Shown one piece after another: positions 1-10,835 of a DNA stretch of 20,000 bases (positions are counted from its first letter, which is position 1; each line of letters starts with the position of its first letter). The stretch spans positions 109,073 to 129,072 of the forward strand of contig MU271235.1 of assembly GCA_021432655.1 (NCBI GenBank), written 5' to 3'. Below the pieces are notes generated by a model. The model was not told where the DNA came from and searched no databases. It saw only the letters and a list, made by a program, of their open reading frames with translations. The DNA is from Atractiella rhizophila (taxonomy: Eukaryota). A program made the translations under genes and the position numbers.

Positions 1-1670
1 TACGTCGGAAAGAATGTGGCCGTCTTCACAACCGCTTTTCTCGCCATCATCCCTCTCGCCAAGTTGTTGGGATTCGGGACGGAGGAGCTCAGTTTGAGGG
101 TTGGTCAGACACTTGGTGCGTTCTAATTTGTGGTTAACAAACTGCAGAGAGATGTACTTGAAAGAATGGAGAGGACGTTTTGGTCGCTTTGATGGAGTAC
201 CAGAGATGATGGCCGAGATGCCAAGAGAATCCCTCTCTGCTTTCGCTACTATATACTGCTTTGACATGTAGAAAGGTAACATTTGCTAACTGCGCACACG
301 TGGAATAGGGGGTTTAATGAACGCGACACTGGGCAACGCCGTCGAATTGATCATTGCCATTCTCGCGCTCGTAAAATGCGAACTCCAAGTCGTCCAGTCC
401 TCCCTCCTCGGCTCCATCCTATCCAATCTCCTCCTCGTGCTCGGAATGACATTCTTCCTCGGTGGACTCCGTTTTTCGAACAGGGGTTCAAAGAGACCGC
501 AAGTCAGCTCAACACGAGCTTGCTCATCATGGCCGTCGTCGCTGTACGCCTTCTTCCTCCATTTTCTTTGCATCTGTTGAGCAAGGGAGACGAATTGTAT
601 TGAATGCCGAAACAGGTTCTCATCCCCGCCGGTTTCCACGCAGCCTTCTCGGATATTCCAGACNNNNNNNNNNNNNNNNNNNNNNNNNNNNNNNNNNNNN
701 NNNNNNNNNNNNNNNNNNNNNNNNNNNNNNNNNNNNNNNNNNNNNNNNNNNNNNNNNNNNNNNNNNNNNNNNNNNNNNNNNNNNNNNNNNNNNNNNNNNN
801 NNNNNNNNNNNNNNNNNNNNNNNNNNNNNNNNNNNNNNNNNNNNNNNNNNNNNNNNNNNCCGAAGGCCCCGGCGGACTTGGAGGATGGAGAGGAGCCGGA
901 GGAGGAGGAGGAGGAAGAGGTCCCTACCCTTAATTGGCCCGTGGCTTCTCACCATGTTGGTCGGTGTCACGGTCTTGGTCGGCGCGTGACGAGCGAGTGG
1001 CTCGTCGATTCGATCAATGGTGTGACCTCCACAGGCGCTATCAGTGAGCAATGGGTCGGTCTCATCCTGCTTCCCATCGTTGGTAACGCAGCCGAACATC
1101 TCACGGTGCGTTGATTCTACTCACTCCTCATGATGATTTACTGATGAAATGAGAATAGGCTGTAACGGTGGGAATGCACGACAAACTCGACCTCTCCATC
1201 TCCGTCGCCGTCGGTTCCTCCATCCAAATCTCTCTCTTCGTCATTCCCCTCCTCGTCGTCCTCGGTTGGATCATCGGGAAACCGCTCTCTCTGCTTTTTG
1301 ACCCGTTTGAGAGCATCGTGTTGTTCCTGAGCGTGTTGATTGTTGGGTACGCGACTCAAGATGGAAAAAGTAACGTACGTCCTGTTCTCCTCTTGCAACC
1401 TGCTTGTTGTGCTTTGTGCTGATGCTGTGAGTAGTGGCTCGAAGGGTTTCTTCTGTTCAATGTTTATGTCATTATTGCTGTTGCTTTCTGTGAGACTTGA
1501 CACTTCCCTCAGCTGTGTCTTCTGAACTAATGAGCGAAAACAGGGTTTTATCCCGGTGGAGAGACTGTCGAGGCTATGTTCAACTCGGTGCGTTCCAGAT
1601 TCCATCTCTCAAATTCCATAACCACAATGCTCACGACCACAAACAGTGCGAAGCCCTGCCATCGTCCTAA
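1..1670 (+). CDS. VCX1: Vacuolar Ca2+/H+ exchanger (CAX family), 5'-partial, multi-exon
   Basis: Spliced translation gives [37 protein letters not shown] (alpha-1 repeat), [15 protein letters not shown], an acidic EEEEEEE loop, [14 protein letters not shown] (alpha-2 repeat), [12 protein letters not shown] and DGKSN|WLEG. The first intron is 116-308. The last exons read [22 protein letters not shown], with TAA at 1668-1670. Interrupted by the N gap and by apparent frameshifts near 475 and 925-990. Confidence 0.95.
664..859. other. Assembly gap (N run)
   Basis: Run of n characters inside the CAX gene. Confidence 1.
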
Positions 1671-2311
1671 CAGAAAGTCCCGACAAAATTCAGTGTACTG
1701 TTCCTACCTTTTAGTAATATCAGGCGCATGCTTGAACCTTCGCCTCAAATTTGAGAACTTGGAGTGTCCATGGGATTCTAGGTTTCGACATCCACGATAT
1801 GGTAGACCATGTTGTGGTGGCTTTGCTCTCCGGTGTATAGTTTTGGGAAAGGCTTTGACAATGCATACACGGATATTGATTTGGCCTGCGATCCCCTCTG
1901 ATTCCCATGAAAAGTTTATAACGTTACAAGAGCTCTCAATCAACAACGAGAAAGTTGATGCTAGAAATATGGAGTTATTTATGCCCTGCCGTAGTCTATG
2001 ATTTGGTTTGTAGTCGTAGTCGGAAAGCACCGATAATATTTCAGCGGCACAATTTTTGGCGAACGACAAGAAACGACATTTACAACAATTTAGAGTCAGG
2101 AGCGTGTGGGCGAATTTGTTGTGCTCATCTACGTTTTGCATAGCACAATACTGAGTGCACAGTACGTGACGGTGTATATCGCCTGTACAGTTTTCAGCCT
2201 TCTCAAGAGCACGAAGAGTTGACAAGCTGGCAGCAGCTTCGCCAATTGGGGTCACGGTCATCGCATTAAGTGACGATTCACATCCAGGTAATACTCGCAA
2301 CAAGCACCATC

Positions 2312-2767
2312 ATGACAGCCTCGTCCCTTCCTCAAGCGTTACGTCACTTCATGCGCTCCGTCCCCCAGCCCATCTTCACGCTCACCTCTCCCCTGCTGCC
2401 GACACACAAAGTCCTCCTCTCCTCCTTCTCCTCCATCTCCCTCTCTCCACCCCTTGTCTCCTTCGCCATCCTCACCGGAGGACGTATGGACACAGCGCTG
2501 CAGCAGAACCCAAGAGCGGAGGTAGCACTGCTGGAGAAAGAGGGTGGGAAACGGCGGTGGATGGACCTAGAGATGAGGACGCGGACGGAGTTGAAGCATG
2601 TCGTGGATGGCAGCATACCCGTTACCCATGGGGCGGAAGAGGAGAAGGAAAGCACGCTCTGGATCGCGAGAGTTGTGCGGTTACACGAACCTTCAGATGG
2701 AGGGATGTGTGAACCGCTCGTCACGTTCAAACGGGGGTATTGGGAGTTGGGAACAAAAGTACGGTAG
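2312..2767 (+). CDS. Flavin reductase-like FMN-binding split-barrel protein (Flavin_Reduct family)
   Basis: 151-aa ORF from ATG 2312. LRHFMRSVPQPIFTLT, SSFSSISLSPPLVSF, TLWIARV and EPLVTFKRGY follow the family pattern; the middle section is shortened or divergent. Confidence 0.8.
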   Translation: MTASSLPQALRHFMRSVPQPIFTLTSPLLPTHKVLLSSFSSISLSPPLVSFAILTGGRMDTALQQNPRAEVALLEKEGGKRRWMDLEMRTRTELKHVVDGSIPVTHGAEEEKESTLWIARVVRLHEPSDGGMCEPLVTFKRGYWELGTKVR

Positions 2768-3169
2768 CTGGAGGAAGTATGAGGAAGTAGATAAGTGAGT
2801 TCTCGGGACTTCGCGTTGTCGGAGCTGAAATGCAGGATTCAGGACATAAAAGTAGCTACTAGAGCTTTATTGCTATTTATTCAGTAATACCATGGATTCT
2901 GTTATCAGTGTTCAGCAAACATTGTGGGAACCCGACTCGCTAACTATTTGTTCAACTTGACAGAAACACAAACGATGCCGCAACTGAAGATGAGATGGCC
3001 GGCCAAGAATCCCATTCGGAAGCCTGGCTGTCATCCACGAAGTCCACAAAAAGCCAGACTCTGCCATCCGGTGTAGAAGGAAGGAAGAAAACCGCATTGT
3101 TACATGGTTTTGTTTGATCAAGTTGGATCACCTCCGCCATCAAATATCAGATGCTGTCGTGCCGTCACC

Positions 3170-4728
3170 TCAAGCAGCATCATCCTCCTTGAATTCCACA
3201 AAAAGCTCCAACTGCACATCTCGCTTCTCTACCTCACGTCGCAGAGCTTGAATTGCATTCCTGCCTTCTTGCGTCTTAACCTCCAACATTTCCGCATTCG
3301 ATCCGATAGAGTATCTCTTGATCCGTGGAAACGAATGACGGCCAATAATATCGGCAAAAGCCAACCAGACTCGTCCATCTTCCTTTCCGTTAAAGGAAAG
3401 AGAGCAACCGTCCGACACCCCGAGGATGGAAAGACAGCTAGTGCATTTTTGGTGTTGAAACAGGGAAAGAACCGACGACGGGAGATCGAGGAGTGCGTTG
3501 TTGGTTGACGCTAGATCGGATAACGACAAATAACCCTCAAAATCACTGGCAAAGCGCAAGAGGTCCATGGGCTCAACTGTTGAGACTGGATTGACATGAA
3601 GAACGATCAGGCTTCGTTTCGTCTTGAACAGGGTCGATAGCCCGCCGTAACTGAAGTCGCAACCTTGCAAGTAGACGGCTTTCGATTTAGACACACGAGG
3701 TTCGCTTGAAGGAATGTTGAGTTTCAGTGCACAAGCTATGATGGTGACAGTGTCTATAGACGGGAAGTCTGGAAGTGAAGGCAAGACTTCCAAAATGTCG
3801 TAGCGATCTTCCATTTCCACCGAAGACCCGGAAACGGTCAACTGACGCAAGCGATGGAATATGAAAGGGAACTGGAGCAGATTTCTGTGTTCAGGTCGAG
3901 TCGGAGGGAGCAAAAGATCAAGGTCATGCAGTGTAGGAGAAGCCAGCTGAAGGAGATTCGTGATGTTTCCCAACTCTGATGGGGTCCATGCTGCAGGGTG
4001 CAGACAAAGACTCTTGAGATTTGAAAGAGAAGGAAGCTTTGCTGGAACAACCGTATTGATCAAGGAAAGACTTCGCAGCTCGAAATTATGTTCGGTCACA
4101 TCAAAATCTATCGTCCCAAAGGAGCATTCCAAGGATTTGAGGTGAGTCGACGTTCCGAGCAGCGGAAATACCTCAGATATGGGTTGACCAGGAACATAAT
4201 GGATAGTGAGGCCTGTCAAGCTGGTAAAGAAGGAAAGGTCCAATTCGCCAAGGTTCGGAAGGAGAAAAATCCAAAGAAGTCGAGTTCAAATGTCAGAGAA
4301 GTGATGTAAGGAGCTGCCTTCGAGATGAACAAGCCGACATAGTGGCTAGCCAAAATCGATCCTTCACAGAACCATTCCTGGCACCATTCTGCGAGGTTGT
4401 TCTTCCCGTCCTTATCACACGGCTCCGATGGTTCTTTACACAAAGGCTTGTGGAATGTGAACGAGGCTCCGTTTACAGAAATGCTTCGTACGTATCGAAA
4501 ATTAGATTGGTTTTCGAAAAATCGTTGCAATCGAAATAGGTAACGTTCAAAACGGATAGCCTTGAGCGGATCATGCGGAAAGTGGAGGACGATAGGTGTG
4601 TTTGAGATAAGCAAAGGACGAGCGATCGATTTCCATTCTGCGCACACCAAGTGGCATTGAAGCAAGTCATGTGTAGGAAGGAAGGCGAGAATGGCGCCAA
4701 TGATCTCAACGGGTGCAGTGGACCTCAT
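3170..4728 (-). CDS. F-box protein, paralogue 1 (one frameshift at ~4218)
   Basis: N-terminal F-box PVEIIGAILAFLPTHDLLQCHLVCAEWKSIAR followed by leucine-rich repeat-like segments. ORFs 4216-4728 and 3170-4243 join if one T is restored in GCTTGACA (paralogue 2 has GCTTTGACA). Colinear with 6425-7981. Confidence 0.85.
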
Positions 4729-6424
4729 GGAGCACCCGATGCAGCGATTGAAAGCTCTTAAGGTAGATATGCCTAACAGAACACTATTAGCACTTGTCCG
4801 ACGCAGGCACAGCTCACTGATATGTTGTCGGAGCGGTCAACCTTGAAGCTAAGCTTGAAGGCAGGTGGGGAAAGACTCTTGCGACGACCTGCGACATCCA
4901 CCATCCTATAACCTCTCTTACATCCACTTGTGCCTCCTTGCGTCTATCCAGTTGAGGACGACCTCGTCAGTGCCCCCCTCTCATGTTACCTTCTACCCGA
5001 CTCCACACATCATCATCCTAGGTTATATAACTAGCAACCTTCCATCTGCTTAGTATCCGTCCAAATCTTGTTTAACTTCATGAATCTGTCTCAGTCTCCG
5101 CTACCATGAGTCTCGAATCTGTCTTGGTTGCAGAGGTGTATTGATGCTTTTTGTGGAGCGGGTGAGGATGAATCCGTCTGGTCTATGAGACGACTGCGGG
5201 CTTTGGTGACCACTGGCAAGTGCACAAGTAGATTCAACATGAATTCGCTCTGCTCCTACCTCCTCCTGCCGTGTCCGTCACTCCCTCCCACTGACGTTCA
5301 TATCAAACTCGTTGTTGCCGAAAACACTAGAAGTGGACGACCTCCAAAGCCGCCAGGGCTCGAATCGGCCCTCCCTACTGTTTCTCGGATCACATCTCTC
5401 CCTCCATCCCAATTGGTGCCTCGACCGACTACTGGAACGCTGGCTCCAAGTCTTGGGTCTAAATGGCAGACGATCCGGATTGTCACTGCTCACAAGCGCA
5501 ACCAACAGCAACCTAACGTCCAATAGTTGACGTTTGTGGCTGCTGCAACCTGCGGGAAGGGTTATCATTGGAACTTGATGGGCAGGGGCATAGACGGAGG
5601 CGTTTGCTCGCTCCGTCCCTTCTCTCATCCGCGGCCGCTCTAGCGCACCGTCCCGCTCACTCGAACGTCATTTCGGTGTCTCTGACTCTGACTCCTCGGG
5701 TAGCTGCTCTATTCTAGACGTTCCTCTGGGATTTGAACAATGCCGCCATTCATTCCACGACTAGACCAGGGGAAGTGACTCTCTGTCTTCAGCGATGCGA
5801 TTGTTCGATAAGGACGATGAGAAGGAGGACGAAGGAGATTAGAAGGACGATAAGTGGAAGCAGAAGATTGAGGAGTAGGTTTCTTTACTCGCCGCGTTTT
5901 TCGGACAATTGCTGATGCGATTGGGAACTAGATTGCAAATATTTCCCGTAATAGTCGGCGCTGGCGCAGCTTTGTCGAAGAGATGGTACGTCTCTCATTC
6001 TCTTTTTGATGCTGTTAGACAAATGTAATTCTTATAGGTCAGCACCAACATTTTGGTTGTCAATCTCGATGAACGAAGCACGATTTGAACTCGCTGGGCG
6101 TTTACGGTGGCATTATTAAGAGAAGGGGACGGTAGAACCATCAGGGTGGTATAAACTGCGATCTGACAACAGTACGATGCGTACGAACTAAGTGAGCCTT
6201 TGACATGAAGCTGGATTTTCAGGCTAAGGGATAAAGTATTTTCATTGCTATTTGCTCAATAATATCGCTACACTCGATTTTGTTAACAATATTCTACAAC
6301 GATAACCGCATTCTTGGTAAAAGAAAAGGAATAACAGATGAATACAACACATATTCGAAGCTACAGGACGGCGCATGCTAGCCAAGAGGGATCTCTAACA
6401 GCCAGATGCCATCGAGTCGTCATT

Positions 6425-7981
6425 TTAAGGTGCGTCATCCTCGATGTATTCCACAAAAGTGCTCAACGGCACAACATTCTGCTGCTCCACGGCTAAATCT
6501 AAGGCCCGAATCGCGTCTCTCCCTGCTTGAGTCCTAACCTCCACAGGCTCTCTTTCCGACCCAATAGAGTATCCCTGGATCCCCGGAAACGAGTGACGGT
6601 TGATAGTATCGGCAAAAGCCAACCAGACTCCCGCATCTTCCTTCCCATTGAAAGAAAATAAGGCACCAGCCGAAAAACCAACGATGGAAAGACAGCATGT
6701 GCAATGTATGTGTGGAACGACGGAAAGGAGCTCCATATCACGTATGGGATCGCTGGCAGTTGTCGACTCGAAGAGCTGCAGAAATCCCTGGCAATCATTA
6801 GCAAAGCGCAAGATATCCATGGCGGACTGGGACCGGATCCCTTCGAGCGGAGCGACATGAAAGGAGATCATGTTTCGCTTTGTGGTAAATAGAGATGATA
6901 ATCCGGTGTAGCTGAAGTCGCAATTTTGCAACAAGACGTTTATGGGTCTAAACACCCAAGGTTCGAATGAAGGAGCTTTAAGACATATTGCACTATGTTT
7001 GATGGCGACGATGTCCATAGTTGGGAAATGTGGTAATAAAGGTAGGACTTCCAAAACGTCGAGGCGCCTTGGTTGGTCGGAAGGTCCGGAAACGCTCAAC
7101 TGCCTCAAGCGAGGGAAAACAACGGGGAATCGGACAAGATGCCTGTGCTCATTTTGAGTGTGGAGCAGTGCAAGATTGAGGGTTTGCACTGTAGGAGAAG
7201 CAAGTTGAAGCAGATTTGCGACATGACCGAGTTCTGCTGGAGTTCTTCCTATAGCGTGGACATGAAGATCCTTTAGATTTGAAAGGGAAGGAAGCTTTGC
7301 TGGAACAATTGCAGAATTCAAGGAAAGACTTTGCAACTTGAAACTGTGTTCAGCTACATCGACGTCTGCAGTTCCAAAGGTGCATTCCAAGGATTTTAGT
7401 TGTCGTGACGCCCCAAGCAGGGGAAATATGGCAGATATAGATCGGGTAGGAACATATTGGATCTTGATGTCTGTCAAAGCTGGCAGAGAAGGAAACGGCC
7501 ATTTTTGCATGGACTCCCAACCGAAAAAGGCGAAAAAGTCAACTTCAAACGTCAAGGAGGTGATGTAAGGAGACGCGTTCTCGATGAACGAGCGAACATA
7601 ATCGCGAGCCAAAATATTCGAACCATCGTCGCCGCACAATTTTCTATCCATCAGATCCTTCTCCTCGCCCTCGGGTTCTTTCCACAATGGCTGGTTGAAT
7701 GTGAATGCAAACGCGTTCATCGAAATCCTTCGTACATATTGAAAGTTGAGCTCGTTGTCGAAAAATCGTTGCAATCGGAATAAATAACGCTGAAAACCGC
7801 CGTCTTTAAGAGGGTCGTGCGAAGTGTCAAAGACGATAGTCGTTTTCGAAATGAGCAAAGGACGAGCGAGCGACTTCCATTCTGCGCTCACCAAGTGGCA
7901 TTGAAGCAAGTCGCAGGTAGGAAGGAACGCAAGGATGACGCCAATAATCTCGAGAGGTATAGTAACGGAGCTGGACGTCAT
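6425..7981 (-). CDS. F-box protein, paralogue 2 (518 aa from ATG 7981)
   Basis: F-box IPLEIIGVILAFLPTCDLLQCHLVSAEWKSLAR in an intact ORF, similar end to end to paralogue 1. The ORF-track start at 8047 lies inside a predicted intron (acceptor CAG at 8033-8035). Confidence 0.9.
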   Translation of the reverse strand: MTSSSVTIPLEIIGVILAFLPTCDLLQCHLVSAEWKSLARPLLISKTTIVFDTSHDPLKDGGFQRYLFRLQRFFDNELNFQYVRRISMNAFAFTFNQPLWKEPEGEEKDLMDRKLCGDDGSNILARDYVRSFIENASPYITSLTFEVDFFAFFGWESMQKWPFPSLPALTDIKIQYVPTRSISAIFPLLGASRQLKSLECTFGTADVDVAEHSFKLQSLSLNSAIVPAKLPSLSNLKDLHVHAIGRTPAELGHVANLLQLASPTVQTLNLALLHTQNEHRHLVRFPVVFPRLRQLSVSGPSDQPRRLDVLEVLPLLPHFPTMDIVAIKHSAICLKAPSFEPWVFRPINVLLQNCDFSYTGLSSLFTTKRNMISFHVAPLEGIRSQSAMDILRFANDCQGFLQLFESTTASDPIRDMELLSVVPHIHCTCCLSIVGFSAGALFSFNGKEDAGVWLAFADTINRHSFPGIQGYSIGSEREPVEVRTQAGRDAIRALDLAVEQQNVVPLSTFVEYIEDDAP

Positions 7982-8051
7982 CTTCACTCGATGTCTCAAT
8001 TCAGAGATTGAAAGGTTGTAGCGCAGATGTACCTGACAGAGGAACATCAGC

Positions 8052-8058
8052 AGTTATT
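8052..8058 (+). repeat. Left target-site duplication AGTTATT
   Basis: The identical 7-mer abuts the right TIR at 18163-18169. Confidence 0.9.
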
Positions 8059-8102
8059 CCCTGGGAACTTGCAGCTGCTGGTTTGACACCTTGTAGACAC
8101 TG
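8059..8102 (+). repeat. Left terminal inverted repeat (44 bp)
   Basis: CCCTGGGAACTTGCAGCTGCTGGTTTGACACCTTGTAGACACTG matches the reverse complement of 18119-18162 at 43/44 positions (mismatch at 8088). Confidence 0.97.
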
Positions 8103-8662
8103 TTTAGACTGGACGCTGTCTCAGCAGCGTCTTCTGCCAAATCTAGCCGCTGGTTTGACACTGAAAAGACGCATTTATTGGCTTTTTAGACGCTTGCGCA
8201 CTTTTGCGCAGGCGATCTTTAGACTCTTGATAAAAGTTGAGGTAACTGCGAAACAGACACTGTCGGGAACAGGTCTAGACTCTGTTTAGACGGTACTTCG
8301 ACGTTTTTTTCGACGTTATTCCGTCGCCTGTTTGACACTCAATAAAAATTTTTTGTCACCGCTTAGACGCTCGCGAGACGCAGCTTCTCTAATTTGAATT
8401 CCTCCCTTCGACCCTCGCCAGACACTGAGCAAGGACATCTGGGACTCTGCTGGGATGCTCATCAGACAGTGTTTGAGCTGTTTCGACAATTATTTGACAC
8501 TACAGAAACCCTTCGAGACGCTTGCAAAGGTTGTCTCAGACTCTTCCAGGTCGCTCATCAGATGCTCGTTAGACCCTCTGCCGACTCTGCTCGGACTTTG
8601 AAATATTCTTTTCAGACTTTGCTTAGACACTCGCAGGACTCCACTTAGACTTCCTTAGACCC
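8081..8662 (+). repeat. Left subterminal repeat region (TTAGAC / TTTGACAC / AGACRC motifs)
   Basis: About 20 mostly co-oriented copies, e.g. near 8081, 8103, 8153, 8186, 8218, 8285, 8331, 8363, 8493, 8569, 8623, 8645 and 8655. GCTGGTTTGACAC occurs twice. A few inverted copies (GTGTCT, GCGTC) lie at 18070-18137. Confidence 0.75.
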
Positions 8663-8769
8663 TTCTGGGTCCCTCTTCCAATTCCAGTTCCACTTCCATC
8701 CATTGCATGCATGCTTCGCTCTTCTACCTCAGAATCTTCTTTGTCCCCAATATCCCGCTATTTCGCGTG

Positions 8770-9761
8770 TTACCGCATCGATCGCGACTCGAATTCCGAA
8801 ACAGGAAGTTGAAAGTTGGAAACCTGTAAGTAGTCAGCCTAAACATAAACTCGATATCTCGTGCTTACTTTCATAACCGGAAACTCCCAACAGATAGTTG
8901 AACGTGCTAATCATAGTGTTAGCAATGTACCAACAAAAAAGTACAGACATTATAGAAGACTCACCATGTACGGCAACAACGCTGTAGATGTTGTTTAGAA
9001 ATAGAATGGTCATTCTGCTGGTTCAAAAGCCAATTGTGTGTTAGTGTATCATCATGCAAACGGAAAGTAACGAACCTTCGACATTTGTCTGTGATGCGAA
9101 GAAAAGCTTCCTGACACCTCGTTAAACAGGGCATGCAAATGCAAACAAACAAATGAACAATTGCTCACCAGTACCGGACCTGTGGGTTCATCGGCGTACG
9201 ATATCAACTTGCCATCGGTTTGGTTTGGTTTGGTTGATTGATTTCTTGCAAAGATGATGTGAGTGCCGAGAAGATGCACAGGGGAAGTGAATCTGTAGGG
9301 CATACCGTGTAGATCACGAAATCCATCCAGTCATGATTGCAGAATAGGTTTTGAACTGAAGAACCTTTGCATCAGCTAATGCTTATTGAATACTGCAGCC
9401 ATGCTCTTTCAACTTGACCAGTATGACAATGAGCAAGCTATTCACTGGTGCCCAATAGGATCTAGAGCAGAAATACTCACACGACTGTGCCTAAAAATCC
9501 TTCATTCCAAACCCCCTCCGGAAAGATCTTATCGATGAATAACCATTGAGATATCGCGCGGTTAGAATTGAACAGGTGTGGATAGCACGTGGACGGCAGG
9601 ATGGAGCAGGTGGCGCAAGGTGGTGGTTGTGTTGGTGCGGTGATGTTAGCAAAAACAAAAGCCACATTAGCGGAACCGATTGATTGGACACTCTGTAGAC
9701 GCTGATTGGATGAGATCACGACGCCCGTCTGTCGCGTCGAGACAGTTTTGGTTGCTGGCAT
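8770..9761 (-). CDS. Transposon-borne multi-exon hypothetical gene (5' structure unresolved)
   Basis: Four consecutive canonical introns (9111-9168, 9018-9075, 8907-8964, 8824-8868; 45-58 nt, with branch motifs) splice in frame to GPVL|EAFLRITDKCR|SRMTILFLNNIYSVVAVH|ARSTICWEFPVMK|VSNFQLPVSEFESRSMR*. Upstream exons (9306-9355, 9481-9761) are less certain. Confidence 0.45.
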
Positions 9762-9796
9762 GTTTCCACCAACAACATATCCTCCCGGAACAGAGC

Positions 9797-10411
9797 ATGG
9801 AGCCTAAGGAGGAGTATCCATTTCGCAATCAGTTTCGAATTTTGTAAGCGCCCCTTGTTCTCATCTACTCGGTTTTTGAGTGCTTTCCCTTACTCAGGCG
9901 CACACCTCCTCCCACCAAAGAGCTCCGCAACTACGAAAAAGTTATCTTAGAGACCCCCGAGCGCATCAATGTCATTACGGACGAAAAAGAAAGAGCGAAT
10001 ACCATCAGGAAGTGGGGTAGTACGTGTTTTTGTTTTCATGGACGCTTCGCCAACTGTGATGCAGACCGTCAGGTTCGATACATCCCCAAAAAACTCCTCA
10101 AGCCTCCTCACCACATGGAACGTAACTCGTTCGATGTCAATCAGGTTATTCAAGAGCTTATCGCAGAAGACAGCTTCGTCGTTCGAAAGGATAGGCGCGT
10201 CAGGATGTGTGAAAAATGGATTGACCGTGTGAGAATGAGTATGGATAAGATGGATAAGGTCCTGGCGCAAGAAGGAGAGCTTAATAAGGATGAGTGGGAA
10301 CTATTGGAAACATGGGCAACCTATGCGAAGCATAGCATTGATGATTTGGAGGACTTTACCGGAAGACAAGTACGAAGACCGTTTCCTTTTGAAGATCCTT
10401 TCTGTGATTAA
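9797..10411 (+). CDS. Transposon-borne hypothetical protein, ~171 aa, 3 exons
   Basis: join(9797..9843,9898..10019,10065..10411); introns GTAAGC..CAG (54 nt) and GTACGT..CAG (45 nt). Translation MEPKEEYPFRNQFRILRTPPPTKELRNYEKVILETPERINV...RRPFPFEDPFCD*, followed by an AT-rich 3' region. Confidence 0.7.
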
Positions 10412-10835
10412 AGGTTGTACTTGTTTTCATTACAAAAAAAACAACTTCTGATTCTGAGATTTGGCTCCGTGTAAATGTGATAATAAAACAAAGAAAATAA
10501 GATATTGCAATCAGTTTGTCACTATCCACTTGAGGTACTGCTTTACTTTAAAAATGAACTCACGATATGCATGCTATTCGAACAATATTGATTTCATTTT
10601 ATCTCGGAAGGTACAGACATGTTTGTAACCGAACTGAGTGGCACTGAAATGACAAAACAATCATATGACAGATAGCGTTAAGAAGTGGAAAGCATTTTAC
10701 AGAAACTTTGAAGGTGATGCGAGTACTGACCTGAATTTTTCACTTTAAAGCGTTTTAAGTCTTGACAATCATACAAATGCAAAGAAAGACTTAATGGAAA
10801 GGATAAGTTTATAAAAATAACTTTTAGAATATTCT

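Noticed and set aside
1704..2303. 199-aa minus-strand ORF between the CAX and flavin reductase genes
   Set aside because: The listed start is not ATG, there is no recognisable motif or splice support, and it begins within 10 bp of the neighbouring start codon. It cannot be supported without expression data.
5128..5915. Several 60-132-aa ORFs and possible splice signals between the F-box genes
   Set aside because: No consistent frame or motif; may be UTR or promoter sequence of F-box 1.
8081..8662. CRISPR-like array
   Set aside because: The motifs are short, degenerate and irregularly spaced, the context is eukaryotic, and they are explained as subterminal repeats.
9218..9243. (GGTTT)n repeat as a telomere-like seed
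   Set aside because: Only three or four units of a simple microsatellite inside a predicted intron.
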